Below are positions 29,359 through 40,253 of a DNA stretch of 64,000 nucleotides, one piece after another. Every line of letters begins with the position of its first letter. Position 1 is the first letter of the stretch. The position numbers were made by a program, and so were the translations under genes. Source of the stretch: Longimicrobiales bacterium (GTDB lineage: Bacteria > Gemmatimonadota > Gemmatimonadetes > Longimicrobiales > Gaopeijiaceae); the NCBI GenBank assembly GCA_965198065.1, contig CBDAON010000004.1, forward strand, positions 1,152,001 through 1,216,000, read 5' to 3'. The notes beneath the pieces are model-generated. The model did no database searches. It was not told the DNA's origin and worked only from the letters and a program-made list of their open reading frames with translations.

Positions 29359-30702
29359 TCAGCTCTGGCGATCTGCCAGGCTCTCTAGGACCCACTCCCG
29401 AACCCTGGTCTTGTCCACGCGGAGCTGCTCGAGCGAGTCCCGGTCCCGGATCGTGACGGTGCCGTCCTCCGACGTTCGGCCGTCCACCGTGATGCACCAC
29501 GGCGTCCCCGCCTCGTCCTGCCTCCGGTAACGCCGTCCGATGGAGCCGGCCTCGTCGTAGAACACCGGGATCACCGCCCTCCGGAGCCCGTCCACGATCT
29601 CCCGGGCGATCTCCGGGAGGCCGTCCTTCTTCACGAGCGGAAAGATCGCCGCCTTTACCGGTGCCATACGGGGCGAGAGGGAGAGCACGACCCGGGTCTC
29701 TCCCCCCACCTCCTCCTCGCTGTAGGCGTCGCAGAGGATCATGAGGACCGTGCGATCCACCCCAACGGCCGTCTCCACCACGTAGGGCACGAACCGCTTC
29801 CCGCCACCCGAGTCCACGTACTCGAGCCGCTTTCCGGAGTACTCCTCGTGCCGGCCCAGGTCGAAGTCGGTGCGGTTGTGGACGCCCTCCAGCTCCTTCC
29901 ACCCGAACGGGAAATGGTACTGGATGTCCACGGCCTTCTTGGCATAGTGCGCCAGCTCGTCCGGCCCGTGCTCGTGGAGGCGGAGGTTCTCGGGGCGAAC
30001 GCCGAGCGAACGGTGCCACGTCTGGCGCTCCTCCAGCCACCGCTCGAACCACTCCTCGTCCGTCCCGGGTTCCACGAAGAACTGCATCTCGGCCTGCTCG
30101 AACTCCCGGGTGCGGAAGATGAAATTCCCGGGAGTGATCTCGTTTCGGAACGCCTTCCCGATCTGGGCAATCCCGAACGGCACCTTCTGACGGGCCGCGG
30201 TCTGGACGTTCAGGAAGTTCACGTACGAGCCCTGAGCCGTCTCGGGCCGGAGATACACGACGGAGCTTTCGGTCTCCACGGGCCCCATGAACGTCTTGAA
30301 CATGAGGTTGAAGAGCCGGGCCGGAAGGAGGTCGCACTCCACGTGCGTGCCCGGCGCGAGCGACGGCTTCTTCCCGCACTCGCTCGTCTCGAGCGCATCC
30401 TCCCGGAAGCGCTTCTTGCAGACCCTGCACTCGACCAGCGGATCCGTGAAGCCCGCCACGTGCCCCGAGGCCTCCCAGACCCTCGGGTGCATGAGGATGG
30501 CGGCATCCACGCCCTCCACGTCCTCCCTCTGGTGGACCATCGCGCTCCACCAGGCTTCCTTCACGTTTCTTTTGAGCTCGATGCCGAGAGGCCCGTAGTC
30601 CCACACGGAGCCCGTACCTCCGTAGATTTCCGAAGATTGGAAGATGAACCCGCGGCGCTTGGCGAGCGACACGAGCTTATCCATCACGTCGGCTTCTGCC
30701 AT
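29359..30702 (-). CDS. glyQS: Glycine--tRNA ligase (alpha2 type)
   Basis: [46 protein letters not shown] and [11 protein letters not shown]. Confidence 0.97.
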   Translation of the reverse strand: MAEADVMDKLVSLAKRRGFIFQSSEIYGGTGSVWDYGPLGIELKRNVKEAWWSAMVHQREDVEGVDAAILMHPRVWEASGHVAGFTDPLVECRVCKKRFREDALETSECGKKPSLAPGTHVECDLLPARLFNLMFKTFMGPVETESSVVYLRPETAQGSYVNFLNVQTAARQKVPFGIAQIGKAFRNEITPGNFIFRTREFEQAEMQFFVEPGTDEEWFERWLEERQTWHRSLGVRPENLRLHEHGPDELAHYAKKAVDIQYHFPFGWKELEGVHNRTDFDLGRHEEYSGKRLEYVDSGGGKRFVPYVVETAVGVDRTVLMILCDAYSEEEVGGETRVVLSLSPRMAPVKAAIFPLVKKDGLPEIAREIVDGLRRAVIPVFYDEAGSIGRRYRRQDEAGTPWCITVDGRTSEDGTVTIRDRDSLEQLRVDKTRVREWVLESLADRQS

Positions 30703-30908
30703 GGTTCCTGTCGGGGGTGGGGCCTGGGAGCTCGGCGCCGGCCTCCGCCCCGGGGAGCCGAACGCAGGACGGGAAGGAGGCCCGCTTGGCTCATGAAGCG
30801 GATCGGGCCATGGATCGGGCCATGATGATAGGCGGGCGGTCCACCCCGAGCAACCGAACTCGGGACGGGGACCGCGGGTAGGATCGGACCTCGCCAATAG
30901 GAGCGAGG

Positions 30909-30947
30909 AGCGCTGTTCCAGAGCGATGTTCCCAAGCGATGTTCCCA
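30909..30947 (+). repeat. 13-bp tandem repeat (3 copies) abutting the nfuA RBS
   Basis: AGCGCTGTTCCAG / AGCGATGTTCCCA / AGCGATGTTCCCA. Confidence 0.75.
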
Positions 30948-30960
30948 AAGGAGCGGTTGG

Positions 30961-31542
30961 ATGCTGACCTTCACGGATAAGGCGCGGGAGATGGTGCTGG
31001 AGTTCATGGACCAGAGCGGCGACGATATGCGCGCCCTGAGGCTACTAGCGAACGGAGGAAGCCCGCTCGCGCCGTCGTTCGAGCTGACGCTAGTCGAGAG
31101 CTCGGACCGGACGGAGGGAGACGTGGCGGTGGACGCCGGAGGCTTCACCGTCTTCGTGGATCCCACGAGCGCGGAGCGGTTGGGCGAGGCGCGGGTGGAC
31201 TTCGTAGAGCGGGTGAGCGAGAGCGGCTTCGAGATCGTTCCGCTCAAAGGACCGCTCGTGCCGAAGGAGCCGGGCGGGCCCATCGCGGACCGCGTGAAGA
31301 CGATCCTCGAGGAGCAGGTGAATCCGGCGATCGCCGCGCACGGGGGCCAGATCGACCTGGTGGACGTGCAGGGTACCGAGGTCTACATGGTCATGTCGGG
31401 CGGCTGCCAGGGGTGCGCCATGTCCAGGATGACGCTCCGGCAGGGCGTCGAGCGGCAGATCCGTCAGGCCGTTCCCGAGGTGACCGCCATTCACGACGTC
31501 ACGGACCACGACGCGGGGGAGACCCCCTTCTACGAGCGCTGA
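30961..31542 (+). CDS. nfuA: Fe-S cluster biogenesis protein NfuA
   Basis: Degenerate A-type carrier N-domain plus a NifU C-domain ([25 protein letters not shown]). Confidence 0.9.
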   Translation: MLTFTDKAREMVLEFMDQSGDDMRALRLLANGGSPLAPSFELTLVESSDRTEGDVAVDAGGFTVFVDPTSAERLGEARVDFVERVSESGFEIVPLKGPLVPKEPGGPIADRVKTILEEQVNPAIAAHGGQIDLVDVQGTEVYMVMSGGCQGCAMSRMTLRQGVERQIRQAVPEVTAIHDVTDHDAGETPFYER

Positions 31543-31615
31543 GGCGCGCCAGGGCCGAAGCGCGGATGCCTTCCTTCGCCCGGCTCCGCCTGGACGGCGC
31601 GTCGCCAGAGGTTCG

Positions 31616-34600
31616 CTAGGACGCGCCGCGGCCCGGCTGGGGGGGCTGTCCATGAGCCCCTCCAGGATCGGGGCCATCTCGCGCAGGATCTGTGCGGGAA
31701 GCGCGCTCGTAAACGTGAAGGCGTCCGCCGCCTCTCCGGGGACGTACGCCGTGATCACGCCGTAGTATCGGTCGTCGATGAAGAAGACGAGGGTGGAGGT
31801 GCGGTTCACGCTCCGCGACTCGACCTCCCTTCCTCCCGGGGCAAAGACCCGGTAGCGGTTGTCTCCGGTCCCCGTCTTTCCCCCCACCGTGAGAAGCGAG
31901 CCGTCCGGGCCGTGGAGCGCTCCGCTCATCCGCCTCCCCGTGTCGTTCTCGATCACGTCGATCATCGCGTCCCGGAGGACGGCGGCCACCTCTGCCGGCA
32001 TCACCCGTTCGCCCGCGGCCCCTTCCCGGACCATACGGGTCTCGAACGGAGTCCTCTGGGCGAAGTGGAGTTCCTCCACCTGATACCTCGGCAGCCGGAC
32101 ACCTCCGGTCACGATGATGCCGACAAGGTCGGAGCGCGCGGCCGGCCGGTCCCCGGAGCTCCCGATCGCGCTCCCCAGCGACGGAACGATGTTGTCGAAC
32201 GGATACCCGAGCCGCCTCCAGCCCGCGTGGATCTCCGTGAACGCTTCCACCTCGAGGAGGAACCGGATGCGCTGATCCTGAGCGCCCTGTCGGCTCGTCT
32301 GGAAGAGCCACCGGTACACCTCCTGGCGAGCCTGGGCGCTCTCACCGATGATCTGCGATCGCTGCGCGTTCGGGTTCTCCATGACGTAGCGCGCCACCCA
32401 GAGCTCGAGGGGATGCACGGACGCCAGATAACCCAGATCCGCGAGCGAATGCGGAGCGGGATCCGCGCGCGCGAACAGGTCGGCCACCGCCGGCTCGTCG
32501 AACTCCGATTCGGGCTGGTTCGTGCGCAGCAGGTACTCGAATTCCTCGGGCGTGCCGTGCGGGGCGACGGTGCGGTAAGCCCAGGCCAGACGCTGGGGCG
32601 AGAGCCCGCGCTCCCCGACCAGCGCCTCCAGGACCTCGCTTCGAGACTTCCCACGGTACTTGGGAATGAACTGGTTCAGGTACTGGATTCCTTCTAGGTC
32701 CGCGAAGCGGGCGAGGTACTCCTGCCGGAGCGGTGAGTCCGTCTCCTCGAGCATGTGGGCCTTCGAGCCCGGCACGCGATACACGTAATAGCTCACCACG
32801 TCGCGCATGAGCCGAACGAAGACCAGGTTCACCGACTGTCGAAACGCCTCCGCGACCGAGAGGCTCCCGGTGTCGAACGTGTTGTCGAAGTTGGTGAACG
32901 TCTGGACGCCGCCCCCGGTCACGAACCGCTCCGCGGGGCTTGCCGAATACGAGCGGGCCATGGCCCGCCGGAGGAGGCCCTCGAGGTCAAGCTCCGGCTC
33001 GGCGAGGAGCTCCGCTCGAACCCAGCCGGAGAGGGGGTCGTTCCGGGAGAGCGCGTGCGCCAGGAGAGAATCGGGCGCGAGCGTCGAAAAGCGGTCGTGG
33101 AGCTCGGCTACCCGGTCAAGTAGCTGGCAAGCGTCCCTGAGCTTCGCCGTGGACCCCAGCTCCAGTCGCGCCGACTCGTTCAGGTTGAAGGGCGCATCCA
33201 GGTTGTCGGTTTGGATCCGGACCAGGTTCCCAGTCTCCGTCCGCTCGTGCAGCACGAACGAGTAGGTCACGAGGGACGGGTCGCCGCCGCCCAGAAGGCG
33301 CTCCACTTCGACGCTACGGGCGCTCGCGGCCTCGGGATCGGAAAGGCTCCGGAGGAGCTCCGTGGCCGCCCGCTGGGCCCTCGCGTCGAGGGTAGCCCTC
33401 ACCGAGAGGTCGAGGCGGTCCAGGTCGTATAGACGGGGAACGTCGAGGACGTTGAGGAGCCGCGTCCGGATCGAGTTCGCGCCCTTGCGCTCCACGAAGT
33501 TGACGACAGGGCGCGGGGGAGGAAGGGGTCGGATCTCGACCCAGGTGGAGCGCGCGGCGTGGGCGAGCGGGCCGGTGATGACTCCCTCCCCCTCGAGGAG
33601 GTCCAGGTACCGATCAGTGAGCACCTGAAGTGCCTGGCGACCCTCCGCCTGGGTCAGGTAATAGCTCGGTCTCCGCTGGGAAAGCAGGAGACTCAGGACA
33701 TCGCGATACACGGCTCCGCGCGCGGGGTCGCCGTCTCCCTCCCCCGAAAGCCCCCAGATCTGCTCCGGCGGCGCGGCGCCCTCGGGAAGCACGCGCTCCG
33801 AAGGGGGAAGGAGGTCGGTGGGTCCGCTCGGGACGCCCGCCAGGACCCGATTCGCCTCGCCGAAATCGCGCCCGTACCACGCGTGGAGACCGTCCCCGAT
33901 CCCCGTGACTTCCCCCTCTCCGCGCTGCGCCGCGAGCGGAACCGAGTTCAGGAAGTCGAGGACGATCTCCCGGCGTGGCGCCATGGTCTCCGGCCCCTGC
34001 GAGTACGCGCGGACGCTGCCGAGGCCATCTGGACGAGCTTGTCCCGGGGGGACGTGGTGAGGCCCTGCGAAGCGTGCCGGAACTTCTCTACTTGGGTCGC
34101 GAGAGTGCTTGCCCCCGACACGTTCCCTTCCCTGCCGAGCTCGCGGAGCGCCAGGTCCGCGGTGCTGCGAATCAGCCGCGGCCACTCCACGGCTGGGTTC
34201 TGGAGGGGCTGGTCCGGATCCAGCATCGCGCGGTTCTCGATGAAGAGGAGCGTCTGCCACACGACAGGCGGGATGGACTCGAACGTGGGGTAGATGCGCT
34301 CGGGATAGGCCGCCCCCAAGAGGGTCTCTCCGCTCTTGCCGAGAATCGTGAGCCCGGCCTGGGTCTTCTCGTGGTAGATGGGAAAGAGGCCCCAGCGGTC
34401 CACCAAGTCCCGGAATCGAGACGAGACGCGCGCCTGCTCGACCACCCGGAAGCCGCCGGTCGCCGCGGCCCTCGTCATCTCCGGGATGCGGGTGTAGCCG
34501 AGCCGACGGTCGTAGGGCCCGTCGCCAGGGAAGACCGCGGAGGTGGATTCCCCCGGCTCGACCGTCCAGGTGAAGTCGGACGCGATGGGGACGAGCCACC

Positions 34601-34967
34601 GCGCCTGGAGCGCGGAAGTCTGCATCTCCCAGATCGCGCCGGCGAGGGCGAGCCCACCCACGATGAGGACGCCCACGGCGACGCCCGCTGCCACGACGAC
34701 GAGCCGACGACGGATAGAGGCACGCGCCCTTCGGCTCACGTCGTCCACGGCGGGATCGGACGACCCCGCGTCGCCGGCGTCCCTGGCCGGGGAGAGAGCG
34801 TCGGGCGCCGGCAGCGCGATGTCGGGGGCCCGAGGCGCGGCGTGGGGAGACCGAGGCTCGGCGTCGGCAGCCAGCAACTCGGCGTCGGAAGCTCGGTCCG
34901 GAGCGAAGGGAGCGCTCAGTTCGCCTGGGCCCTTCCCACGGAAGAGCTTCGGAATTCTGCGAGGCAC
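31616..34967 (-). CDS. Large class A penicillin-binding protein (transglycosylase + transpeptidase), frameshifted in this assembly
   Basis: TM anchor, GT51 motifs (IENR, GASTLATQVEK) and transpeptidase motifs STAK, SVN and KTGT. Frameshift near 34017; probable indel in the G7 run at 31639-31645 before the stop at 31616. Confidence 0.82.
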
Positions 34968-35076
34968 GTCCGTCCCACCAGTCGAGGGTACCGTGATCGG
35001 AACTTCACGGAGCCTCGGGGCCGGGTCAACGCCGCGAACGGCGGTATGGCACCCCTCTCGACCCTGGGGAGGTCCG

Positions 35077-36496
35077 CTACCTCTCCGGGCTATCCTCTCC
35101 CGCGCGGGCACCCCGCGGCAGGTCCAGGAGCGCCCTTACGCCCCTCGCGAGATCGGCCCCGGTCATCGGCTTCTCCAGGAACGCGACCGTCGAGCCCGGG
35201 GCGCCTCGCCACGAGACGTCCGCCTGGACTTCCCCGGACATGTAAGAGGATCCGCTGCGGACCAAGCTCGTCCTCGACGCGCTCCGCGAGCGTGAAGCCG
35301 CCAATCCCCGACATGATCAGATCCGTCACGAGGAGGTCGAACGCCTTCCCATCTCTCGTCAGCACGAGGGCCGCGGCGCCGTCCTCAGCCTCAGCCACCG
35401 CGTAGCCGAGGCGGCCCAGGATCCGCACGATCGCTTCGCGCGCGGACTCGTTGTCGTCCACCACCAGGATGCGCTCGGAGCCGCCCGGGAGGTCTCGCCC
35501 AGTCTCGGCGCCTTCCGCGGTCACGACAGGCGTGCCGTCGCCCGGTGCCCCGGTCCGGATACCATGCGCCGCCCCGGCGGGCGTCGCTCCGGCCCTCTCT
35601 GACGGGGACTCCGCGGCAGCCGCCACCCGGATCTCGGAGAGAACGCAGCGGTTCCGGCCCCCTTCCTTTGCCGCGTGCAGCGCCTGATCCGCGGCGGCCA
35701 CCAGAAGCTCCGGCGATCCCATCCCCGGCTCGAACTCCGCGATCCCCGCCGAAACGGTGACCGTGCCCCAGGGGAACACCTCCTCGCGGAGCGCGCTCTG
35801 CACTCGCTCCGCGAAGCTCGTCGCGCCGGCCCCCGGGCACCGGGAGAGTACGGAGAGGAACTTCTCCCCACCCCAGCGGGCGGAAAGGTCCATGCGGCGC
35901 GTGATGTCCCTCAGGACGGCCCCTACCCTCTTCAGGACCGCATCCCCGGAGCGACGTCCGAACCGGGCGTTGACGTGCTTGAAGTGATCGAGGTCGAAGA
36001 AGACGACGCTCATGGGTTGGCCGCGCGTGGCCGCGGAGAACGCCGCGTCCATGAAGACCATCGCATGCCTTCGGTTCGGCAGCCCGGTGAGCGCGTCGGT
36101 GAGCGCCATCTCCTCGGTCGCCTGCCGCTCCCGCCGAAGCAGTTCCGCCAGCATGCCCGCGCCCACGCACACCGCGATGTACGTGGCCGTGATCCAGAGC
36201 AGGAACACGTAATTGCGGACTTCCGTCCCCGTCAGTGTGAGCGCCAGGTGCGCGAGGACCAGCGCGGCCATCCCTCCCGCCAGGCTGAGCGTGGCCCCCT
36301 TCCATCCCCGGTGGTAGGCGAGGAGGAACGGAGGCACGAGCGCCGTGAGCCAGAGGAGGAGCTCCTGCTCCTCGCTCAGCCACTCGGGCGCGAGCGTCAC
36401 CCCCACCATCGGAATGGCGAGCGCGAGGACCGAGATCCCGAGGGCCCGGAGAGGCACCGGAGCGACCTGGGAAAGCAACGGGATTTCGTCTTTCAA
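35077..36496 (-). CDS. Membrane GGDEF-domain protein with a C-terminal receiver domain (frameshift near 35245)
   Basis: TM helices, DALTGLPNRR, DLDHFK, RWGGEKF and AKEGGRN; REC motifs ILVVDD, DLLVTDLIM and FLEKP, the last in the shifted frame. Confidence 0.85.
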
Positions 36497-36722
36497 TCCG
36501 CCCCTCCCTCCTGCGCGTGAGGCCTCGACCGCCCTGGAACATGAGTGTACCGGCGGTGGCGGGGGCCGGGTAGTCGTGGACAGCCGGAAGACGGACCCCG
36601 GGACGATGCCGCGCGGGAACGCCCCCCGCGCTCCCTGGTACCAACGGTCGGCCTTTCGGTTGCACGCTTCCGGTCGCACTCGAGGGACGGTCGGTCCGAC
36701 GAAGTCCCGGACGAGGGAATCG

Positions 36723-38111
36723 ATGGCATCGCAGCGACTCTCCCCGCTCGCCTGGACCCCGCTCCTCCTCGCGCTCCCCTTCATCGGCCTCCCTTCGGTG
36801 GGCACGGCCCAGGCGCCCATGCCGCCGGAGGGCGACATCCCATTCGAGGAGCACTACCTGGCGAACGGGCTTCACGTGATACTCGCGCGGGGCCCGGCCG
36901 CTACGGCCGTCGCGGTGGACGTGTGGTACGACGTCGGGAGCCGTAACGAACGGCAGGGCCGATCTGGATTCGGGCACCTGTTCGAACACCTCATGTTCCA
37001 GGGTTCTGCCAACGTCCGGGCCGGAGAGCACATGCAGCTCGTGGAGCGGGCGGGCGGCACCCTGAACGCGAACATCACGGAGGACCGCACGATCTTCTAC
37101 GAGACGGTGCCCCCCGAGCGGATGAACCTCGCGCTGTGGCTGGAAGCGGATCGGATGCGCTCGCTCGACATCACGGAAGAGAACCTGCGGCGCGAGGTGG
37201 AGGTGGTGAAGGAGGAGCGCCGGCTCAACTTCGACAACGCGCCCTACGGCGGCACCCAACTCCAGGCTCTCTATGACGCGCCGTACGACTCCGCCTCGTG
37301 CTTCGCTTACGCCCACTCTGTCATTGGATCGTTTGCGGACCTGGACGCCGCCGAGCTCTCCGACGTCCAGGCTTTTTTCGACCGCTACTACTCACCCAAC
37401 AACGCGACGCTCACGGTCGTGGGCGCGTTCGACCCCGAAGTCGCGCTCGAGCTCGTCCAGAGCTACTTCGGCGATATCCCGCGGGGGCCGGACGCCGCGC
37501 CGGTTGAATGCTCTCGGCCCTTCGGGCACCTCCCCGTTGTGATGGACGTCCCGGACGCGAACGCGGTTCTGCCTGCCGCCTACCTCTCATACGGGACCGT
37601 CCCGACCGACCATGAAGACGCTCCGGCACTCGACGTCTTGAGCCGGATCCTCACGGACGGGATGAGCTCTCGCCTCTACCGCCGACTGGTGCGCGAGGAG
37701 CGGGCCGCAATCCGGACCGGTGGATACTCGAACACGCGGAGGGGTCCGGGGCTCTTCGTCCTCACGGCTGTCGCAAGACAGGGGGTGACCGCGGATCGAT
37801 TGGTCGACCTCCTCCACGGGGAAGTGGAGCGGGTGATCCGCGAGGGCGTGACCGAGGAAGAGGTCATCAGAGCCCGAAGCCAGGTGCAGGCCGATGTGAT
37901 GCAGAGCCGCCAAACCGTGTGGGGTCGAGCGGAAGCCCTCCAGGTCGCCAATCACTTCCATGGAACCCCGGCGGACGTCCGGCGCACCGTTCAACGCATC
38001 CTCGACGTGACGGCCGAGGAGGTCCGGGAGGTCGCGGAGCGCTACCTGACGCCGGACAACCGGGCGGTCGTTCGGACCGTGCCGGGCGCCGCCCGGGGGC
38101 CAGTGCCATGA
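36723..38111 (+). CDS. M16 family zinc protease, catalytic subunit
   Basis: HLFEH (HxxEH), NANITEDRT, LEADRM, VKEERR and YYSPNNA; signal peptide. Confidence 0.93.
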   Translation: MASQRLSPLAWTPLLLALPFIGLPSVGTAQAPMPPEGDIPFEEHYLANGLHVILARGPAATAVAVDVWYDVGSRNERQGRSGFGHLFEHLMFQGSANVRAGEHMQLVERAGGTLNANITEDRTIFYETVPPERMNLALWLEADRMRSLDITEENLRREVEVVKEERRLNFDNAPYGGTQLQALYDAPYDSASCFAYAHSVIGSFADLDAAELSDVQAFFDRYYSPNNATLTVVGAFDPEVALELVQSYFGDIPRGPDAAPVECSRPFGHLPVVMDVPDANAVLPAAYLSYGTVPTDHEDAPALDVLSRILTDGMSSRLYRRLVREERAAIRTGGYSNTRRGPGLFVLTAVARQGVTADRLVDLLHGEVERVIREGVTEEEVIRARSQVQADVMQSRQTVWGRAEALQVANHFHGTPADVRRTVQRILDVTAEEVREVAERYLTPDNRAVVRTVPGAARGPVP

Positions 38112-40234
38112 GCCTGGGCCGCGGCGGTCAGGCCCCGGGGGCTCGGCGGGCCCGAAGCCGACTCCCGCGCGGAGCGGGCCTCGTTCTCTGTTCCGTAGGG
38201 CTCCTCGCGGGTGGGGGCCTCCGGGCGCAGTCCGACCCTCCCGCTCCCCTCCCCGCCCGTCCCCTCGGGTTTCCGGCGTTCGAGGACTTCACCCTCGAGA
38301 ACGGGCTCCGCGTCGTGCTCGTCCCGCACGGAACCGAGCCGCTGGTGAGCGTCCGTCTGTACGCGAGAGGAGGGCGGGCGCTCGATCCGCCGGAGCTTTC
38401 CGGGCTCGCTTCGCTCACGGCAACGCTACTCACCCGGGGAACGGAGGCGCGCTCCGCTGCCGAGATCTCCTTCGAGATCGAAGGGGTCGGGGCGTCGCTC
38501 TCGGCGAACGCGGGACGAGACTTCCTCTCCATCTCGACGCTCGCCCTGACCGAGCACGCGGAGGTCGCTGTCGGGGTCCTGGCCGACGTCGTCCAAAACG
38601 CCACCTTCCCCATCGACGAGGTCGATCTCGCCAGGGGACAGATGCTTTCCGGCCTCCAGGCGGAGCTCGGCGATCCTCAGGCCATCGCGTCCCGCCGCTT
38701 CGCGGCCCTCGTCTATGGTGCCGAGCACCCCTACGGCACGGCGCCCACGCCCGAGACGGTCGAACGGATCCGCCGGGGCGACCTGCTTTCGTATCAGAAC
38801 CGAGTGCTCAGCCCGGGGAACGCGCTCCTCTTGGTGGCCGGCCGGATCGACGGGGTCGAGGCCCTGGCCCGGCGGCATTTCGGGAGCTGGGGCAGGCGTG
38901 AGGCAGCGGAGTTCACTATCCCCGACGTCCCCGAACCCGCGGAGCGGCGCATCTACCTCGTGCATCGTCCAGGAGCGTCGCAGTCCGTCGTGAGCGTGGG
39001 GCACCTGGGGATCATGCCCGAGACCCCCGACTACTTCCCGCTCGTGGTCGTGAACAAGATCCTGGGCGTAGGCGCGGATTCCCGGCTTTTCCGCGTCCTG
39101 AGGGAGGAGCGGGGATGGACGTACGCTGCGTCCTCCCAGTTCACGCGGGGGATCGGGCGAGGGTCCGTTATCGCGCAGGCGAGCGTCCGCACGGAGGTGA
39201 CCGACTCGACAGTCGTCGAGATGCTGAATCAGATGGAGCGCCTGGGCGACGAGCCGGTCCCGGCCGACGAGCTGGATGGGGCCGTGAGCTTCCTCGCGGG
39301 GAGCTTCCCCCTCCGTCTCGAGACGGCCGACCAGGTGGCGGACCAGCTCGCCGGGGCGCTCCTGCTCGGCCTCCCGGTCGAGGACGTGACGAGGTTCCCC
39401 GAGCGGATCCGTTCCGTCACGAGCGGCGAGGTCGAGCGGGTCGCCCGGGAGCGGCTGCACCCGGATCGGGCCGTCATCGTGGTGGTGGGCGACGCCGTGC
39501 CGCTCCTCGAGCGCCTCGAGGCCATCGCCCCCGTGGAACTCCTGGATGTGGACGGGTCTCGTCTCTCGCAGGCGGCTCTCACCGGGATCGCGACCACACC
39601 CGTCTGGGACGGGGAGAGGCTCGAGCCCGGGGAGCGCAGCTATGCCGTGCTCGTGGAGGGCACGGCCCTCGGGACGGCGGAGTACCGGCTCGAGCGAGAC
39701 GGCGCGGACTGGGTCTCGATCGCCACCATCTCGGCCCCGGGAACCACGCAGCGGACACGCCTCCGCTTTGGCGCGCGGGGCCTGGCTCCCCTGGAGCTCG
39801 TGCAGGAGATCTCTCAAGGTGCGGTTCGTATCGCCGCCGACCTCCGAGTCACGGACGGGCGGCTTGTCGGTGCCGTGGAGCTCCCGGCCACATTGGGCGG
39901 CCCCCGCAGGTACGACCAGGAGCTGACGCCGGGAACGCTGCTGGCGGGCCTGGACGAATACGCCCTCGCGGTCGCGCCACTCGAGGAGGGAGCGCGATTT
40001 CCGCTCCCCTACCTGGACCTCACCCGGGGAGAGGTCACAGTTCTGGATGCGCGGGTGACCGGCGTCGAGACCCTGACGGTCCCGGCAGGGACGTTCGCTA
40101 CCTGGCGGGTCGAGGTGGCGGGGGGCGGTGCTCCGGCCGTGCTCTTCCTCCGGCTGGAGTCGCCTCACATCCTCGTGCGTCAGGAGCTGGCTGGAGCCTC
40201 AGTCCGCTACGATCTCGTGGAGCTCGATCCGTAG
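38108..40234 (+). CDS. M16 family non-catalytic subunit with an extra C-terminal beta-rich domain
   Basis: Lacks HxxEH; has the SRLFRVLREERGWTY R/Y motif and an approximately 210-aa C-terminal extension (VPAGTFATWRV). ATGA-coupled to the catalytic subunit. Confidence 0.88.
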   Translation: MSLGRGGQAPGARRARSRLPRGAGLVLCSVGLLAGGGLRAQSDPPAPLPARPLGFPAFEDFTLENGLRVVLVPHGTEPLVSVRLYARGGRALDPPELSGLASLTATLLTRGTEARSAAEISFEIEGVGASLSANAGRDFLSISTLALTEHAEVAVGVLADVVQNATFPIDEVDLARGQMLSGLQAELGDPQAIASRRFAALVYGAEHPYGTAPTPETVERIRRGDLLSYQNRVLSPGNALLLVAGRIDGVEALARRHFGSWGRREAAEFTIPDVPEPAERRIYLVHRPGASQSVVSVGHLGIMPETPDYFPLVVVNKILGVGADSRLFRVLREERGWTYAASSQFTRGIGRGSVIAQASVRTEVTDSTVVEMLNQMERLGDEPVPADELDGAVSFLAGSFPLRLETADQVADQLAGALLLGLPVEDVTRFPERIRSVTSGEVERVARERLHPDRAVIVVVGDAVPLLERLEAIAPVELLDVDGSRLSQAALTGIATTPVWDGERLEPGERSYAVLVEGTALGTAEYRLERDGADWVSIATISAPGTTQRTRLRFGARGLAPLELVQEISQGAVRIAADLRVTDGRLVGAVELPATLGGPRRYDQELTPGTLLAGLDEYALAVAPLEEGARFPLPYLDLTRGEVTVLDARVTGVETLTVPAGTFATWRVEVAGGGAPAVLFLRLESPHILVRQELAGASVRYDLVELDP

Positions 40235-40253
40235 GAACTCGCCGTCCCTCCGA

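Noticed and set aside
31090..31615. C-terminal extension of the PBP ORF antisense to nfuA
   Set aside because: It is not protein-like, overlaps a clear gene, and is explained by one indel in the G7 run at 31639-31645.
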